In this document: piece after piece, positions 37,029-47,042 of the stretch
How positions within the stretch are numbered: position 1 is the stretch's first letter
Layout: each line of letters starts with the position of its first letter
Assembly: GCA_016124335.1 (NCBI GenBank)
Contig: WGNX01000009.1
Span: 101,658-165,657 of the forward strand
DNA length: 64,000 bases
DNA from: Alphaproteobacteria bacterium
GTDB taxonomy: Bacteria > Pseudomonadota > Alphaproteobacteria > CACIAM-22H2
Reading direction: 5' to 3'
Position numbers and translations under genes: made by a program
The notes under the pieces: generated by a model
What the model was told of the DNA's origin: nothing
Seen by the model: the letters and a program-made list of their open reading frames with translations, nothing else
Database searches by the model: none

Positions 37029-37841
37029 TCAGTTCTTGAGCCGGCGCTCCATCACGCTGACGCCGGCCGACATTGCTCCCGTCACGGCCAGATAGACGGC
37101 GGCGACGGCGAGCCAGATTTCGAACGTCATGAACGTATCCGCGATGACGTTGCGCCCTTCATTGGTGAGATCGAATACGGCAATCACGCTCACGATCGCG
37201 GAGTGCTTGACGAGCGAGACGGAAAGTCCGGTCAATGGCGGCAGGACGAGCCGCAGCGCCTGCGGCAGCACGACGTGACGGTAGATACGCGGCGGGGCAA
37301 GGCCCAGGCTTCGCGCCGCTTCCCACTGACCCTTCGGCACAGCCTCGATGCCGGCACGGAATATCTCCGCCGCGAAGGCGCCCTCGAAAACCGCCAGGCA
37401 AAGGATGCCGGTCCAGAAACGGTCGACGCCGAGGATTGGCGCCAGCACGAAATAAAACAGATAGAGCTGCACGAGCAGTGGCGTATTGCGGATCGCCTCG
37501 ACATAGACGCGCACGAGCGCGCCGCCGACGATGGACCCGGACTGGCGCAGGACCGCGGCGAGGAGCCCGATGGCGATCGTCAGCAGCAGCGCAATCGCGC
37601 TGATTTCGATGGTGACGAGCAGCCCCTTCGCAAGCGGGCCGGCATAGTACGCGCCGTCGATCTCGCGCACGAAATAGCGCGGGACGCGATACCATTGCCA
37701 GTTGTACCCCATGCGGCTTGCACCATAAACCGCAGCCCAGACGACGCACGTCGCAAACGCGAGGAATTGCGCCGTATCGATTGCCCGGCGCCATGCGAAT
37801 TGCGGCGGTGGCGGCAATTGCGTTGTGGGGGCTGCTTGCAT
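37029..37841 (-). CDS. Polar amino acid ABC transporter permease
   Basis: EAA motif GQWEAARSLGLAPPRIYRHVVLPQA. Confidence 0.8.
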   Translation of the reverse strand: MQAAPTTQLPPPPQFAWRRAIDTAQFLAFATCVVWAAVYGASRMGYNWQWYRVPRYFVREIDGAYYAGPLAKGLLVTIEISAIALLLTIAIGLLAAVLRQSGSIVGGALVRVYVEAIRNTPLLVQLYLFYFVLAPILGVDRFWTGILCLAVFEGAFAAEIFRAGIEAVPKGQWEAARSLGLAPPRIYRHVVLPQALRLVLPPLTGLSVSLVKHSAIVSVIAVFDLTNEGRNVIADTFMTFEIWLAVAAVYLAVTGAMSAGVSVMERRLKN

Positions 37842-37984
37842 CGCGCTCCGGTCCCTGCGGTGCGGTCCCTCGCAGGGGCCGCACTACAATGCGATGTTAG
37901 CAGCGGGAGCAAGAAATCTGCCATGTGTTCGCGATGGCAGCGCACGTTCATGCGCGCCCCAAACAGGCTCATGTTCAAGTGGGC

Positions 37985-38656
37985 CTAGCGTCCGGCTTTT
38001 CCGTACGCCGCCATGAAAACATCGACGGCAGCTGAAACGGATCGGCGCAGTTCGTCGGCGTCCGGCCGCTCGACCACGCAGAAAAGCATCTGCTTCATGT
38101 GCTTTGCTTGGCAAAGCTCGATGAAATGGAAGGCCGCGCGCTGCACGTCGTCAACCACGAGATGCCCGGCTTCGACCTGCCGGGCGAGATAGTCGGCCAG
38201 CCGCCCGACGCCGAAGCGTGGCCCGGCTTCATAAAATGCGCGTCCGATCGCGGGGAATTTCGCCGACGCCGCGATCACCGTGCGCAGATGCGCCATCGCA
38301 CCCGGGCGCGACATCGCCTCCATCAGGTTCGCGCCGAAATCCCGCAGCACCTTCGCGACGTCGTGATCGTCGGCATCGAAGGTGCAAATCCGCTCGGCTT
38401 GGGCCCGGCGATCCTCGCGGATCAGGGCCTCGAAAAGGGCCTCCTTCGACGGAAAATAGGCATAGACCGTTCCCTTCGATACGCCGGCCGCCCGGGTAAT
38501 ATCGTTCATGCTGGCGCCGTCGAAGCCTTCGCGCATGAAGATTTCGCGTGCACCTTCAATGATTTGGCGCCGCTTTGCGGTATCGCTGGCACTGTCGTCC
38601 CGGGCATCCGGGGGCAGATTTGCATCTGGGGCAGGCATTTCGTTACGCACTTGCAA
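37985..38656 (-). CDS. TetR/AcrR-family transcriptional regulator
   Basis: HTH IIEGAREIFMREGFDGASMNDITRAAGVSKGTVYAYFPSKEALF. Confidence 0.9.
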   Translation of the reverse strand: MQVRNEMPAPDANLPPDARDDSASDTAKRRQIIEGAREIFMREGFDGASMNDITRAAGVSKGTVYAYFPSKEALFEALIREDRRAQAERICTFDADDHDVAKVLRDFGANLMEAMSRPGAMAHLRTVIAASAKFPAIGRAFYEAGPRFGVGRLADYLARQVEAGHLVVDDVQRAAFHFIELCQAKHMKQMLFCVVERPDADELRRSVSAAVDVFMAAYGKAGR

Positions 38657-38668
38657 AATATGTTGACC

Positions 38669-38682
38669 GAACCGTTCGGTTC
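38669..38682. promoter_or_regulatory. Inverted repeat GAACCG-TT-CGGTTC in the TetR/emrA divergent intergenic region; a candidate TetR operator
   Basis: Read directly from the sequence: 6-bp perfect arms inside TTGACCGAACCGTTCGGTTCAA. Confidence 0.4.
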
Positions 38683-38749
38683 AATTTGAATAGCGCCCGA
38701 CCAATTGTCAAGGCATTGCGGCCACCCCCCGGCCGAGGAACGAACGAAA

Positions 38750-39880
38750 ATGAAAATGGACAACGAGCGCGCGAAACTGCGCCCCGATGCTGCATCGCCC
38801 GCCTCCGGCGAAGCCCCGTCGGCAACGCCCGTGCGCAAACCGCGCAAGCGCCTTCTGCTCTTCGCCGTACTCGCGATCGCCGCCGGCTACGGCGGCTGGA
38901 AGGCGTACAACTGGTTCATCGACGGGCGCTTTGTCGTTTCAACCGACGATGCCTACGTCAAGGCGGACCAGTCGATCATCGCCGCGAAGGTGCCCGGCCT
39001 CGTCGCGGCCGTCGACGTTGCCGACAATACCCGCGTCAAGGCCGGTGACACGCTCGTGCGGATCGACGATGGCGACTATCGCCTCGCCGTCGAAGCGGCG
39101 CGCGAGCGGATCGCCACGCAGGATGCAGCACTCGCACGCATCGTACGCCAGACGGCCGCCCAACGCGCGTCGATCGAACAGGCCGTCGCCCAACTCAACG
39201 CCGCGCAGGCTGAAGTCTCGCGCGCCAATCTCGCCTTTGCGCGCGCCGAATCGCTCGCGCGCACCGGCAACGGCTCGGTTGCGACGTTCGATCAAGCGCG
39301 CGCCGACCGCGACCGCGTCCTTGCAAATGTCGCCGGCGCGCGCGCGGGCGTCGAAGCGGCGAATGCCGCAATGGAAGTGCTGCGCGCCCAGCAGGCCGAA
39401 GCCGATAGCCAGCGTCGCGAACTGGAAACCGCACTCCAGCGCGCCGAACGCGACCTGTCGTTTACGGCCGTGCGTGCGCCCTTCGACGGCACGGTCGGCA
39501 ATCGCGCCGCGCAGCCCGGCCAGTACGTCCAGCCAGGGACGCGGCTGATGGCACTCGTCCCGCTCGACGGCGTCTATATCCAGGCGAATTTCAAGGAAAC
39601 GCAGCTTGCCGAGATCAAGCCCGGCCAGCCGGTCGACCTGACGGTCGACGCCTATCCGGGCCGCACCATCCGCGGCACGGTTGTCAGCATCGCGCCGGCC
39701 TCCGGCTCCGAGTTCTCGCTGCTGCCGCCTGAAAACGCGACGGGCAATTTCACCAAGATCGTCCAGCGCCTGCCCGTGCGCATTGCCGTGCCGGCGGAAA
39801 TCGCCCGCGAGGGTCTGTTGCGTCCGGGAATGTCGGTCGTCGCCGGCGTGCGCACGCACGGCGCGCCGACCGTCCCGTGA
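38750..39880 (+). CDS. emrA: HlyD/EmrA-family membrane fusion protein
   Basis: N-terminal TM helix then coiled-coil and beta-barrel composition; the start was chosen at MKMDNERAKL. Confidence 0.8.
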   Translation: MKMDNERAKLRPDAASPASGEAPSATPVRKPRKRLLLFAVLAIAAGYGGWKAYNWFIDGRFVVSTDDAYVKADQSIIAAKVPGLVAAVDVADNTRVKAGDTLVRIDDGDYRLAVEAARERIATQDAALARIVRQTAAQRASIEQAVAQLNAAQAEVSRANLAFARAESLARTGNGSVATFDQARADRDRVLANVAGARAGVEAANAAMEVLRAQQAEADSQRRELETALQRAERDLSFTAVRAPFDGTVGNRAAQPGQYVQPGTRLMALVPLDGVYIQANFKETQLAEIKPGQPVDLTVDAYPGRTIRGTVVSIAPASGSEFSLLPPENATGNFTKIVQRLPVRIAVPAEIAREGLLRPGMSVVAGVRTHGAPTVP

Positions 39881-41436
39881 GCACGCCTGCCATGCCTGCT
39901 GCCGCGGACCATATCGATCCGCGGCGCCTCGTCGCGTTCATCGCGATGGTGTTCGGCATGTTCATGGCGATCCTCGACATCCAGATCGTCTCGGCCTCGC
40001 TCGCCGAAATCCAGGCGGGCCTGTCGGCAAGTGCTGAGGAAATCGCCTGGGTGCAGACGAGCTACCTCATCGCGGAAGTCATCATGATCCCGCTGTCGGG
40101 CTTCCTCAGCCGGGCATTCTCCACGCGGATCATCTTCACGATATCGGCCGGCGGGTTCACATTCGCAAGCTTCCTTTGCGCCAACGCCACATCGCTCGAC
40201 GAAATGATTCTCTGGCGCACGATCCAGGGCTTCATCGGCGGGGGCATGATCCCCACCGTCTTCGCCTCGTCCTACATGATCTTCCCGCGAAGCAAGCAGG
40301 CATTGATCGCGCCATCGATCGGCCTCGTTGTCACGCTTGCCCCCACGATCGGGCCGACCGTGGGCGGCTACCTGACCGATATTTTCTCTTGGCACTGGCT
40401 GTTTCTGGTCAACATCATTCCCGGCATCGGCGTGACGGTCGCCGCCTGGACGCTGATCGATTTCGACGAATCCGATTTCTCGCTGCTCGAAGGGTTCGAC
40501 TGGTTCGGCCTTATTTCGATGGCCGTCTTTCTGGGCTCGCTGGAGTACTTTCTCGAGGAAGGCCCGCAGAAGGACTGGTTCGAAAGCGACCTGATCGTCA
40601 CCGCCGGCATCACTGCGGCGGTCTGCGGAATCGCTTTCTTCTGGCGGACGCTCACCGTCCGGCGACCGATCGTGGACCTGACGGCGTATCTCGACCGGAA
40701 CTTCTGGTCCGGCTCGATCTGCTCGTTCGTGATGGGGATCGGGCTCTACGGACTTACATATCTCTATCCGGTCTATCTCGCGCGCGTGCGTGGCTTCTCG
40801 GCGCTCCAGATCGGCGAGACGATGTTCGTCACCGGCCTATGCATGTTCTTCACGGCGCCCGTCACTGGCCGGCTGATGGGCAAGGTCGATCCGCGCCTGA
40901 TGATTGCGGTCGGCTTCCTGATGTTCTCGGTGGGCACGCTGCAGGCCTCCGCGATCACGGTCGAGTGGGATTTCTGGGAACTTCTCGTGCCGCAGATCCT
41001 GCGCGGCGTAGGCATCATGACCAGCATGGTACCGATCAACAATCTGGCACTCGGCACGCTGCCGCCCGAGCGGCTCAAGAACGCCGCCGGCCTCTACAAC
41101 CTGACTCGCAACCTCGGCGGTGCCGTCGGCCTTGCGCTCATCAACACGCTGCTCAACAACCGCACGGACCTCCACCTCCAGCGCCTGCACGAGCAGGTCA
41201 CCTGGGCAAGCGCCAGCGCGCTCGAGACGATCTCGTCCCTGACGGCAGGCCTCGCCCGGCTGGGCAGCGACGCCGAACTGGCGGCGATCCGCAAGACCGC
41301 CGGCATCGTGCGCCAGCAGGCTTTCGTGATGTCGCTGGGCGACGTCTTTTTCGTGCTGACGTGGCTTTTCCTGGCCCTCGTCGTGCTGACGCCGATGATG
41401 CAGCGCCCCCAGCGGCCGGGCGGCGGCGGGCACTGA
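39877..41436 (+). CDS. emrB: MFS transporter, DHA2 (EmrB/QacA) family, 14-TM
   Basis: MFS motif LSGFLSRAFSTRIIF; 519 aa; ATGA overlap with emrA. Confidence 0.85.
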   Translation: MSTPAMPAAADHIDPRRLVAFIAMVFGMFMAILDIQIVSASLAEIQAGLSASAEEIAWVQTSYLIAEVIMIPLSGFLSRAFSTRIIFTISAGGFTFASFLCANATSLDEMILWRTIQGFIGGGMIPTVFASSYMIFPRSKQALIAPSIGLVVTLAPTIGPTVGGYLTDIFSWHWLFLVNIIPGIGVTVAAWTLIDFDESDFSLLEGFDWFGLISMAVFLGSLEYFLEEGPQKDWFESDLIVTAGITAAVCGIAFFWRTLTVRRPIVDLTAYLDRNFWSGSICSFVMGIGLYGLTYLYPVYLARVRGFSALQIGETMFVTGLCMFFTAPVTGRLMGKVDPRLMIAVGFLMFSVGTLQASAITVEWDFWELLVPQILRGVGIMTSMVPINNLALGTLPPERLKNAAGLYNLTRNLGGAVGLALINTLLNNRTDLHLQRLHEQVTWASASALETISSLTAGLARLGSDAELAAIRKTAGIVRQQAFVMSLGDVFFVLTWLFLALVVLTPMMQRPQRPGGGGH

Positions 41437-41524
41437 CGCTCTGCCGTTGGCGCGGCCTGCCGTGCCGGTCTAGGCTGGCATCCGGATTGCGTGGCAACCG
41501 TCCGCAAGAAGGAGCCTGTCCACG

Positions 41525-41938
41525 ATGGAAAAAGTTCGAATCACCGCCGGGCCGTATGTTTTCGGCGGCCGTTTCGAGACGGCCGCGGCACCGGCAACCT
41601 GCTCGGTCTTCCGCAGCCTGCTGCCGTACCGCAACAAGATCATCCATGTCCGCTGGAGCGGCGAGGCCTGCTGGATCCCGCTCGGCGAGCACGATTTCGG
41701 TCTGCCGTTCGAAAACCAGACGAGCTACCCAGCACCCGGGCAGATCATCGTCTACCCCGGCGGCATCAGCGAAACCGAAATCCTTTTCGCCTATGGCGGC
41801 GTTCGCTTCGCCAGCAAGGTCGGCCAGCTTGCCGGCAACCATTTCATCACGCTGACCGAAGGGCTCGAGAACCTCCCCGCCCTCGGCAAGATGGTGCTGT
41901 GGAAAGGCGCGCAGGATTTCGCGATCGAGGCGGTGTAG
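41525..41938 (+). CDS. Hypothetical protein, possibly DUF3830/cyclophilin-like
   Basis: 137 aa; family recognition only. Confidence 0.35.
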   Translation: MEKVRITAGPYVFGGRFETAAAPATCSVFRSLLPYRNKIIHVRWSGEACWIPLGEHDFGLPFENQTSYPAPGQIIVYPGGISETEILFAYGGVRFASKVGQLAGNHFITLTEGLENLPALGKMVLWKGAQDFAIEAV

Positions 41939-41948
41939 CCTCGGGCGG

Positions 41949-42551
41949 ATGATCGACCGCCTCATCCTGCCTTTCCAGAAGCGCATCCTCGCACCGCCGG
42001 CCGCAGCGTTGGCGCAAATCGGCGTTTCCGCCAACGCGGTGACCCTGACCGGCTTCGCGATAGGCCTTGCCGCCGTTCCGGCGATCGCGGACGGACACAC
42101 GCTTCTGGGTCTCGGCGCGATCCTCGCCAATCGCGTGCTCGACGGACTTGACGGGGCGGTCGCGCGCATCGCCGGACCGACCGCGCGCGGTGCCTTCCTC
42201 GACATCGCGCTCGACTTCTTTTTTTATGCCTGCGTGCCGCTTGCCTTCGCGCTCGCGGACCCTGCCGCAAACGCGCTTTCCGCCTGCGCGCTGGTCGTCG
42301 CGTTCGTGGGAACCGGCAGCAGCTTTCTCGCCTTCGCGGCAATTGCCGCACACGACCCGCAAGGCGCACAGGAACCGGACAAAGGCATCCGCTATCTCGG
42401 CGGCCTTACGGAAGGTGCGGAGACGATCGCCTTTTTTGTGGCCATCTGCATCTGGCCGGCGCAGTTCGCGATCCTCGCGTGGATATACGCGGCGGCATGC
42501 GCGCTGACGACGCTTTCGCGTTGGGTCGCCGGCTGGCGGACCTTCCGCTAA
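41949..42551 (+). CDS. CDP-alcohol phosphatidyltransferase family protein
   Basis: DGxxAR...G...D...D motif: DGLDGAVARIAGPTARGAFLDIALD. Confidence 0.75.
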   Translation: MIDRLILPFQKRILAPPAAALAQIGVSANAVTLTGFAIGLAAVPAIADGHTLLGLGAILANRVLDGLDGAVARIAGPTARGAFLDIALDFFFYACVPLAFALADPAANALSACALVVAFVGTGSSFLAFAAIAAHDPQGAQEPDKGIRYLGGLTEGAETIAFFVAICIWPAQFAILAWIYAAACALTTLSRWVAGWRTFR

Positions 42552-43663
42552 CGTGCGGTGGCTTTCGCCAACTCCAGGAGTGGCCCGGCATTCAACCCGT
42601 CGAGCAGCGAGAAGTGATTGGCGCCCGCAAGTTGGAGCGGCGCCGGCGCACCCCACGCACGCGCGATCGCGTCGGACTGCCATTTGAACTGCGCGCTCTC
42701 CAATGCGCCCAGCGCCACGCCGATGCGCCCGGCACGGCATTTCTGGCGGATCGGCGACAGGGCATCGATATCCGCTTCACATTTCAGGCCGACGATCCGG
42801 CCCATCGGCATGTGCGTGAACGGCGTCAGGTCGAACAGGCCGGACAGCAGCAGCGCCGAGCGGATCGGCGGGCCGTCTTCGCGCCCCGCGACCATCGCGG
42901 CCAGATGCCCGCCGGCCGAATGACCCGAGACGTGCAGCGATGATGCATCGATGCCGAGCGATTCGCCCGATCGCGCGATGAAATCGACGCAGGTGTAGAT
43001 CTGCGAGACGATCCTTTCGAGCGGCGCTTCGGGCGCAAGCGCATAGTCCACATTTGCCACCGCATAGCCCGCATCGAGCATGCCTTGCATGAACTGCCCG
43101 TGCTGCTCCTTGCCCGAGGCCTGCCAATAGCCGCCGTGGATGAAAATCCACACGGGCGGACGGCGGGCACCCGTCGGGCGGTAAAGATCGAATGTCTCGT
43201 CGGCACTGGCGCCGTAGGAAATGTCGGTCGCGGGATGGTTCTTGCGCCATGCCGTGCCATCCGCCGTCCATTGATCGAACAGCACGCGCATCGACGGCAC
43301 CTGATTGCGGGGGCTGTATTCGCGCATGAGTTCGGCGCGCGAAAGCCCCTGCCAGACGGGCGTCGGGTCGGGCGCATGCCCGCGGACCGCTTCGATCTCG
43401 ACCGATACGCCGTCGCCAGCGACGACCTTTATCGGCGGGCGCGTGCCACCGAAGGTCTCGCGGTAGGCGCGGTCGATCGGACGTCGCGCCAGTGAAAGGG
43501 CGGCCGGCTCCGGGCCGCAAACAGTGATCGCACGCATGTCGCCGGGCCCGCAGCCGGCGCGCGCAAGTTCGCCTGCCGCCGCGGTCAATGCCTGCGCGAA
43601 CGCGGCCACGGCGTCCGGCTTTGCCGAGGCGCCACGCGCCCGAATGGACTCAGATACCGACAT
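42548..43663 (-). CDS. Alpha/beta hydrolase (esterase/arylformamidase-like) with an unusual roughly 110-aa N-terminal extension
   Basis: Oxyanion HGGYW and nucleophile elbow GHSAGG. The extension ends ...IKVVAGDGVSVEIEAV, which resembles the RidA/YjgF C-terminus. The first ATG at 43756 would overlap livF by 107 nt. Confidence 0.7.
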   Translation of the reverse strand: MSVSESIRARGASAKPDAVAAFAQALTAAAGELARAGCGPGDMRAITVCGPEPAALSLARRPIDRAYRETFGGTRPPIKVVAGDGVSVEIEAVRGHAPDPTPVWQGLSRAELMREYSPRNQVPSMRVLFDQWTADGTAWRKNHPATDISYGASADETFDLYRPTGARRPPVWIFIHGGYWQASGKEQHGQFMQGMLDAGYAVANVDYALAPEAPLERIVSQIYTCVDFIARSGESLGIDASSLHVSGHSAGGHLAAMVAGREDGPPIRSALLLSGLFDLTPFTHMPMGRIVGLKCEADIDALSPIRQKCRAGRIGVALGALESAQFKWQSDAIARAWGAPAPLQLAGANHFSLLDGLNAGPLLELAKATAR

Positions 43664-44354
43664 AGCGATGCACCACCTCCGCGTCGCGGTCGAGATCGGC
43701 GCCGGTGCCCGACCAGACGGTCCGGCCCTTCTCGATCGCATAGTGCCGATCGGCAAGCCGCCGGAGCACTTTCAGATTCTTGTCGACGATCAGGATCGAC
43801 TGGCCTTCGGCCTTGAGCGTCTCGATGCAGCGCCAGATCTCCGCACGGATGACGGGCGCAAGCCCTTCGGTCGCTTCGTCGAGAATCAGGAGTTCGGGAT
43901 TGGTCATCAAGGCCCGGCCGACCGCGAGCATCTGTTGTTCACCGCCCGAAAGCGTTGCCGCCGCCTGCCCGAAGCGCTCGCTGAGGCGCGGGAACAGCGC
44001 GCAGACCCGGTCGAGGGTCCACGGATTTTTGCGCCCGAGCCGGTTGGCGGATGTGGCGACAAGGTTCTCGCGCACCGTAAGCGTCGGGAAAACCTGCCGG
44101 CCCTCCGGCACCAGGCCGATGCCCAGCCGCGCCACGGCTTCCGGCGCACGCCCGAGGATGGGCGTGCCGGCAAACTCCGCCGTACCGCCGACCGCTCGCG
44201 TAAGCCCCATGATCGTGCGGATCGTCGTCGTCTTGCCCATGCCGTTGCGGCCAAGCAGCGTGACGACCTCTCCCCGATCGATCGACAGGTCGATTCCAAA
44301 CAGCACCTGACTGTCGCCGTAGGACGCCGCGAGGTTCGAAACGCGCAGCATCAC
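43650..44354 (-). CDS. livF: Branched-chain amino acid ABC transporter ATP-binding protein
   Basis: GRNGMGKTT, LSGGEQQMLAVGRAL, LLILDEATEGL. Confidence 0.9.
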   Translation of the reverse strand: MMLRVSNLAASYGDSQVLFGIDLSIDRGEVVTLLGRNGMGKTTTIRTIMGLTRAVGGTAEFAGTPILGRAPEAVARLGIGLVPEGRQVFPTLTVRENLVATSANRLGRKNPWTLDRVCALFPRLSERFGQAAATLSGGEQQMLAVGRALMTNPELLILDEATEGLAPVIRAEIWRCIETLKAEGQSILIVDKNLKVLRRLADRHYAIEKGRTVWSGTGADLDRDAEVVHRYVGI

Positions 44355-45103
44355 GCGTCCCCCTCGCCCAGATAGGCGATACGCACGGCCGGATCGGCCT
44401 GGATTTCCGCCACCGAGCCCGAGGCGATCGCGCGCCCGCCGACCAGAACCGAAATGCGATCGGCGAGCGAGAAAACGGCATCCATATCGTGCTCGACCAG
44501 CAACAGCGCGAACTGTCCCTTGAGCGATTGCAGGAGTTCGACCATCTGCGCGCTTTCGGCGGCCCCGAGCCCCGCCATCGGCTCGTCGAGCAGCAGCAGC
44601 CGCGGTTTCATGGCGAGTGCCACGGCAAGTTCGAGCTGCTTGCGCTCGCCGTGCGACAGGGCTGCGACCGGCCTGTCCGCACGCGTCGCCAAGCCGAAAC
44701 GCGACAGGATTTCCCGCGCCGGGCCGGTCAGGCGTTCGTCGGCACGCGCGTCGCCGATGAAACGGAAGCTGTGGCCCGCATTCGCCTGAACGGCAAGCGC
44801 CACATGTTCGAGCGCCGTGTAGCTACCCATCAGCTGCACGATCTGGAAGGTGCGCGCGAGCCCCATGCGCACGCGCGCGTGCACGGGCAGGCCCACGATA
44901 TCGGTGCCGTCGAGCAGGATGCGCCCGCCGTCGGGATGAAGTTCGCCGGTAAGCTGGTTGATGACCGTCGTCTTGCCCGCACCGTTGGGCCCGATCAGCG
45001 CATGGACTTCGCCTTCGGCGACGTCGAGCGACAGGCAATCGGTTGCCGTCAGGCCGCCGAAGCGCTTCACAAGCCCGTCGATGCGCAGGAGCGGCGCCTT
45101 CAC
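44351..45103 (-). CDS. livG: Branched-chain amino acid ABC transporter ATP-binding protein
   Basis: GPNGAGKTT, LSHGERKQLELAVAL. GTG start overlaps the livM stop; the track ORF 44351..45367 over-extends. Confidence 0.85.
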   Translation of the reverse strand: MKAPLLRIDGLVKRFGGLTATDCLSLDVAEGEVHALIGPNGAGKTTVINQLTGELHPDGGRILLDGTDIVGLPVHARVRMGLARTFQIVQLMGSYTALEHVALAVQANAGHSFRFIGDARADERLTGPAREILSRFGLATRADRPVAALSHGERKQLELAVALAMKPRLLLLDEPMAGLGAAESAQMVELLQSLKGQFALLLVEHDMDAVFSLADRISVLVGGRAIASGSVAEIQADPAVRIAYLGEGDA

Positions 45104-46095
45104 CGGTTGCGCCCCGAAAACAGCGCCACGAGCCCCGAAAGCCCGCCGCGGAAAAACAGGATGATCAGGATCAGGATCGGTCCGAGAAAGAACTGCCAGC
45201 GTTCGGTCCAAGCACTCAGCACGGTTTCCAGCGTGATGAGCCCTGCCGCCCCGAACAGGGGGCCGAACAGCGTGCCCGCCCCGCCGAGAATGACCATGAC
45301 CATGAGTTCGCCCGACTTCGTCCAGTGCATCATGTCGGGGCTGACGAAGCGCGCGTAATTGGCCCACAATCCGCCCGCAAGTCCCGCCCCCATGCCCGCG
45401 AGCACGAAGGCGGCAAGCTTGTAGCGGTAGACGCCGATGCCGATCGCCGCCACGCGCCGGTCGTTCTGGCGGATGGCCCCCAGCACCATGCCGAAGCGCG
45501 AGCCCGCGATCCGCCAGATGAACGCGAAGTAGGCCGCGGCCAGCGCGAGCACGACGAAATAGAAGGTCTTCGCATCGCGCATGTCGAGGCCGAAAAGCAC
45601 GTTTCGCCGGCGCACCACAAGGCCGTCGTCGCCGCCGTAGTACTTGAGCGAGACGAAGAGGAAATAGAGCATCTGAGCGAAGGCGAGCGTGATCATGATG
45701 AACTGCACGCCGGTCGTGCGCAGCGCAAGCGCGCCGATGACGAGTGCCGCGAGACCGCCAAGGACGATCGCGACGGGCATTGCGATCAGGAACTGCTCGG
45801 TGCCGAGCATCATGCCGAACAGCGGTTCGGACAGGCGCGCATGCTGGAACAGGATGCCGACGGCGTAGCCGCCGATCCCGTAGAACGCCGCATGGCCGAA
45901 GCTGATCATGCCGCCGAAGCCGAGCACGAGATTGAGGCTCGCCGCAGCGATCGCATAGATCAGCATGCGCGTGACGAGCGAGGTTGTCGCCGGCACGTCA
46001 AGCAGGTCGGCCGCGAACGGCAGGGCGAGCAGAAAGACGAGAAGCCCGCCGATCGCGAGCGCCGCGCGCGCGCCTGTGGCTTGGGGGGGCGACAT
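45100..46095 (-). CDS. livM: Branched-chain amino acid ABC transporter permease
   Basis: MSPPQATGARAALAIGGLLVF... , 331 aa. The track ORF 45100..47475 is a frame fusion. Confidence 0.85.
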   Translation of the reverse strand: MSPPQATGARAALAIGGLLVFLLALPFAADLLDVPATTSLVTRMLIYAIAAASLNLVLGFGGMISFGHAAFYGIGGYAVGILFQHARLSEPLFGMMLGTEQFLIAMPVAIVLGGLAALVIGALALRTTGVQFIMITLAFAQMLYFLFVSLKYYGGDDGLVVRRRNVLFGLDMRDAKTFYFVVLALAAAYFAFIWRIAGSRFGMVLGAIRQNDRRVAAIGIGVYRYKLAAFVLAGMGAGLAGGLWANYARFVSPDMMHWTKSGELMVMVILGGAGTLFGPLFGAAGLITLETVLSAWTERWQFFLGPILILIILFFRGGLSGLVALFSGRNR

Positions 46096-46100
46096 CCGCC

Positions 46101-47021
46101 TCAGCCCCGCGCCGGAAAAAGGCCTTGCGGCCGCACGAGCAGGACAACGGCCATCAGCAGATAGACGCCCATTGAAGCGAGGCCGGCGGATAGCGCGTCG
46201 GCCTCCGATCCGTTGGCAAGGAGGCCGCGCATGATGTGCGGCATGAACGCGCGCATCATCGTGTCGAAGACGCCGACGAGGATCGCCCCGAAGAGCGCGC
46301 CGCGGATCGAGCCCACCCCGCCGACGACGACGACCACGAACGTCATGATCAGGATCTGCTCGCCCATGCCGACCTGAACGGAAAGCAGCGGGCCCGCCAT
46401 GACGCCCGCAAAGCCCGCAAGCAGCGCACCCAGCCCGAAGACAAGCGTATAGAGGAGGCGGATATTGACGCCGAGAGCACGCACGGTCTCGCGGTGCGTG
46501 GCACCCGCGCGGATCAGCATTCCCAGGCGCGTGTGCTGGATAAGCACGTAAAGGCCGGCTGCCAGCGAGAGCCCGACCGCGATGATCGCAAGCCGGTAGA
46601 CCGAGAAGGCGAGGCCGGGAACGATCTCGATCGATCCCGACAGCAGGGCCGGGATCGCGACGAAGAGCGGCTGCCGGCCGAAGAGGATCGAAACGGTCTC
46701 GTTGAAGAAAAGCACGAGACCATAGGTGGCAAGGACCTGGTCGAGATGGTCGCGTTCGTAGAGCCGCCGGATCACGATGAATTCGACCGCCACGCCGCTC
46801 GCGGCCGCGGCAAGAAGGCCAGCCGGCACGGCAAGGAGGAAGGAACCGGTGGCCGAGGCGGCGAGCGCGCCCGCGTAGGCGCCGATCATGTAGAGCGAGC
46901 CATGGGCGAGATTGATGATGCCCATGATGCCGAAGATGAGCGTGAGGCCGGCCGCCAGAAGAAACAGCGTTACGCCGAGCTGCAGGCCGTTCAGGATCTG
47001 CTCGATGACGAGAAGCGACAT
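46101..47021 (-). CDS. livH: Branched-chain amino acid ABC transporter permease
   Basis: MSLLVIEQILNGLQLGVTLFLLAAGLTLIFG is the canonical LivH N-terminus. Confidence 0.85.
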   Translation of the reverse strand: MSLLVIEQILNGLQLGVTLFLLAAGLTLIFGIMGIINLAHGSLYMIGAYAGALAASATGSFLLAVPAGLLAAAASGVAVEFIVIRRLYERDHLDQVLATYGLVLFFNETVSILFGRQPLFVAIPALLSGSIEIVPGLAFSVYRLAIIAVGLSLAAGLYVLIQHTRLGMLIRAGATHRETVRALGVNIRLLYTLVFGLGALLAGFAGVMAGPLLSVQVGMGEQILIMTFVVVVVGGVGSIRGALFGAILVGVFDTMMRAFMPHIMRGLLANGSEADALSAGLASMGVYLLMAVVLLVRPQGLFPARG

Positions 47022-47042
47022 TTGGCTTGAAAGCCGGCCGGG

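Noticed and set aside
43663-43756. Using the first ATG (43756) as the start of the alpha/beta hydrolase
   Set aside because: It would overlap the livF coding end by about 107 nt; an internal ATG at 43663 gives only a 14-nt overlap. The start remains uncertain.
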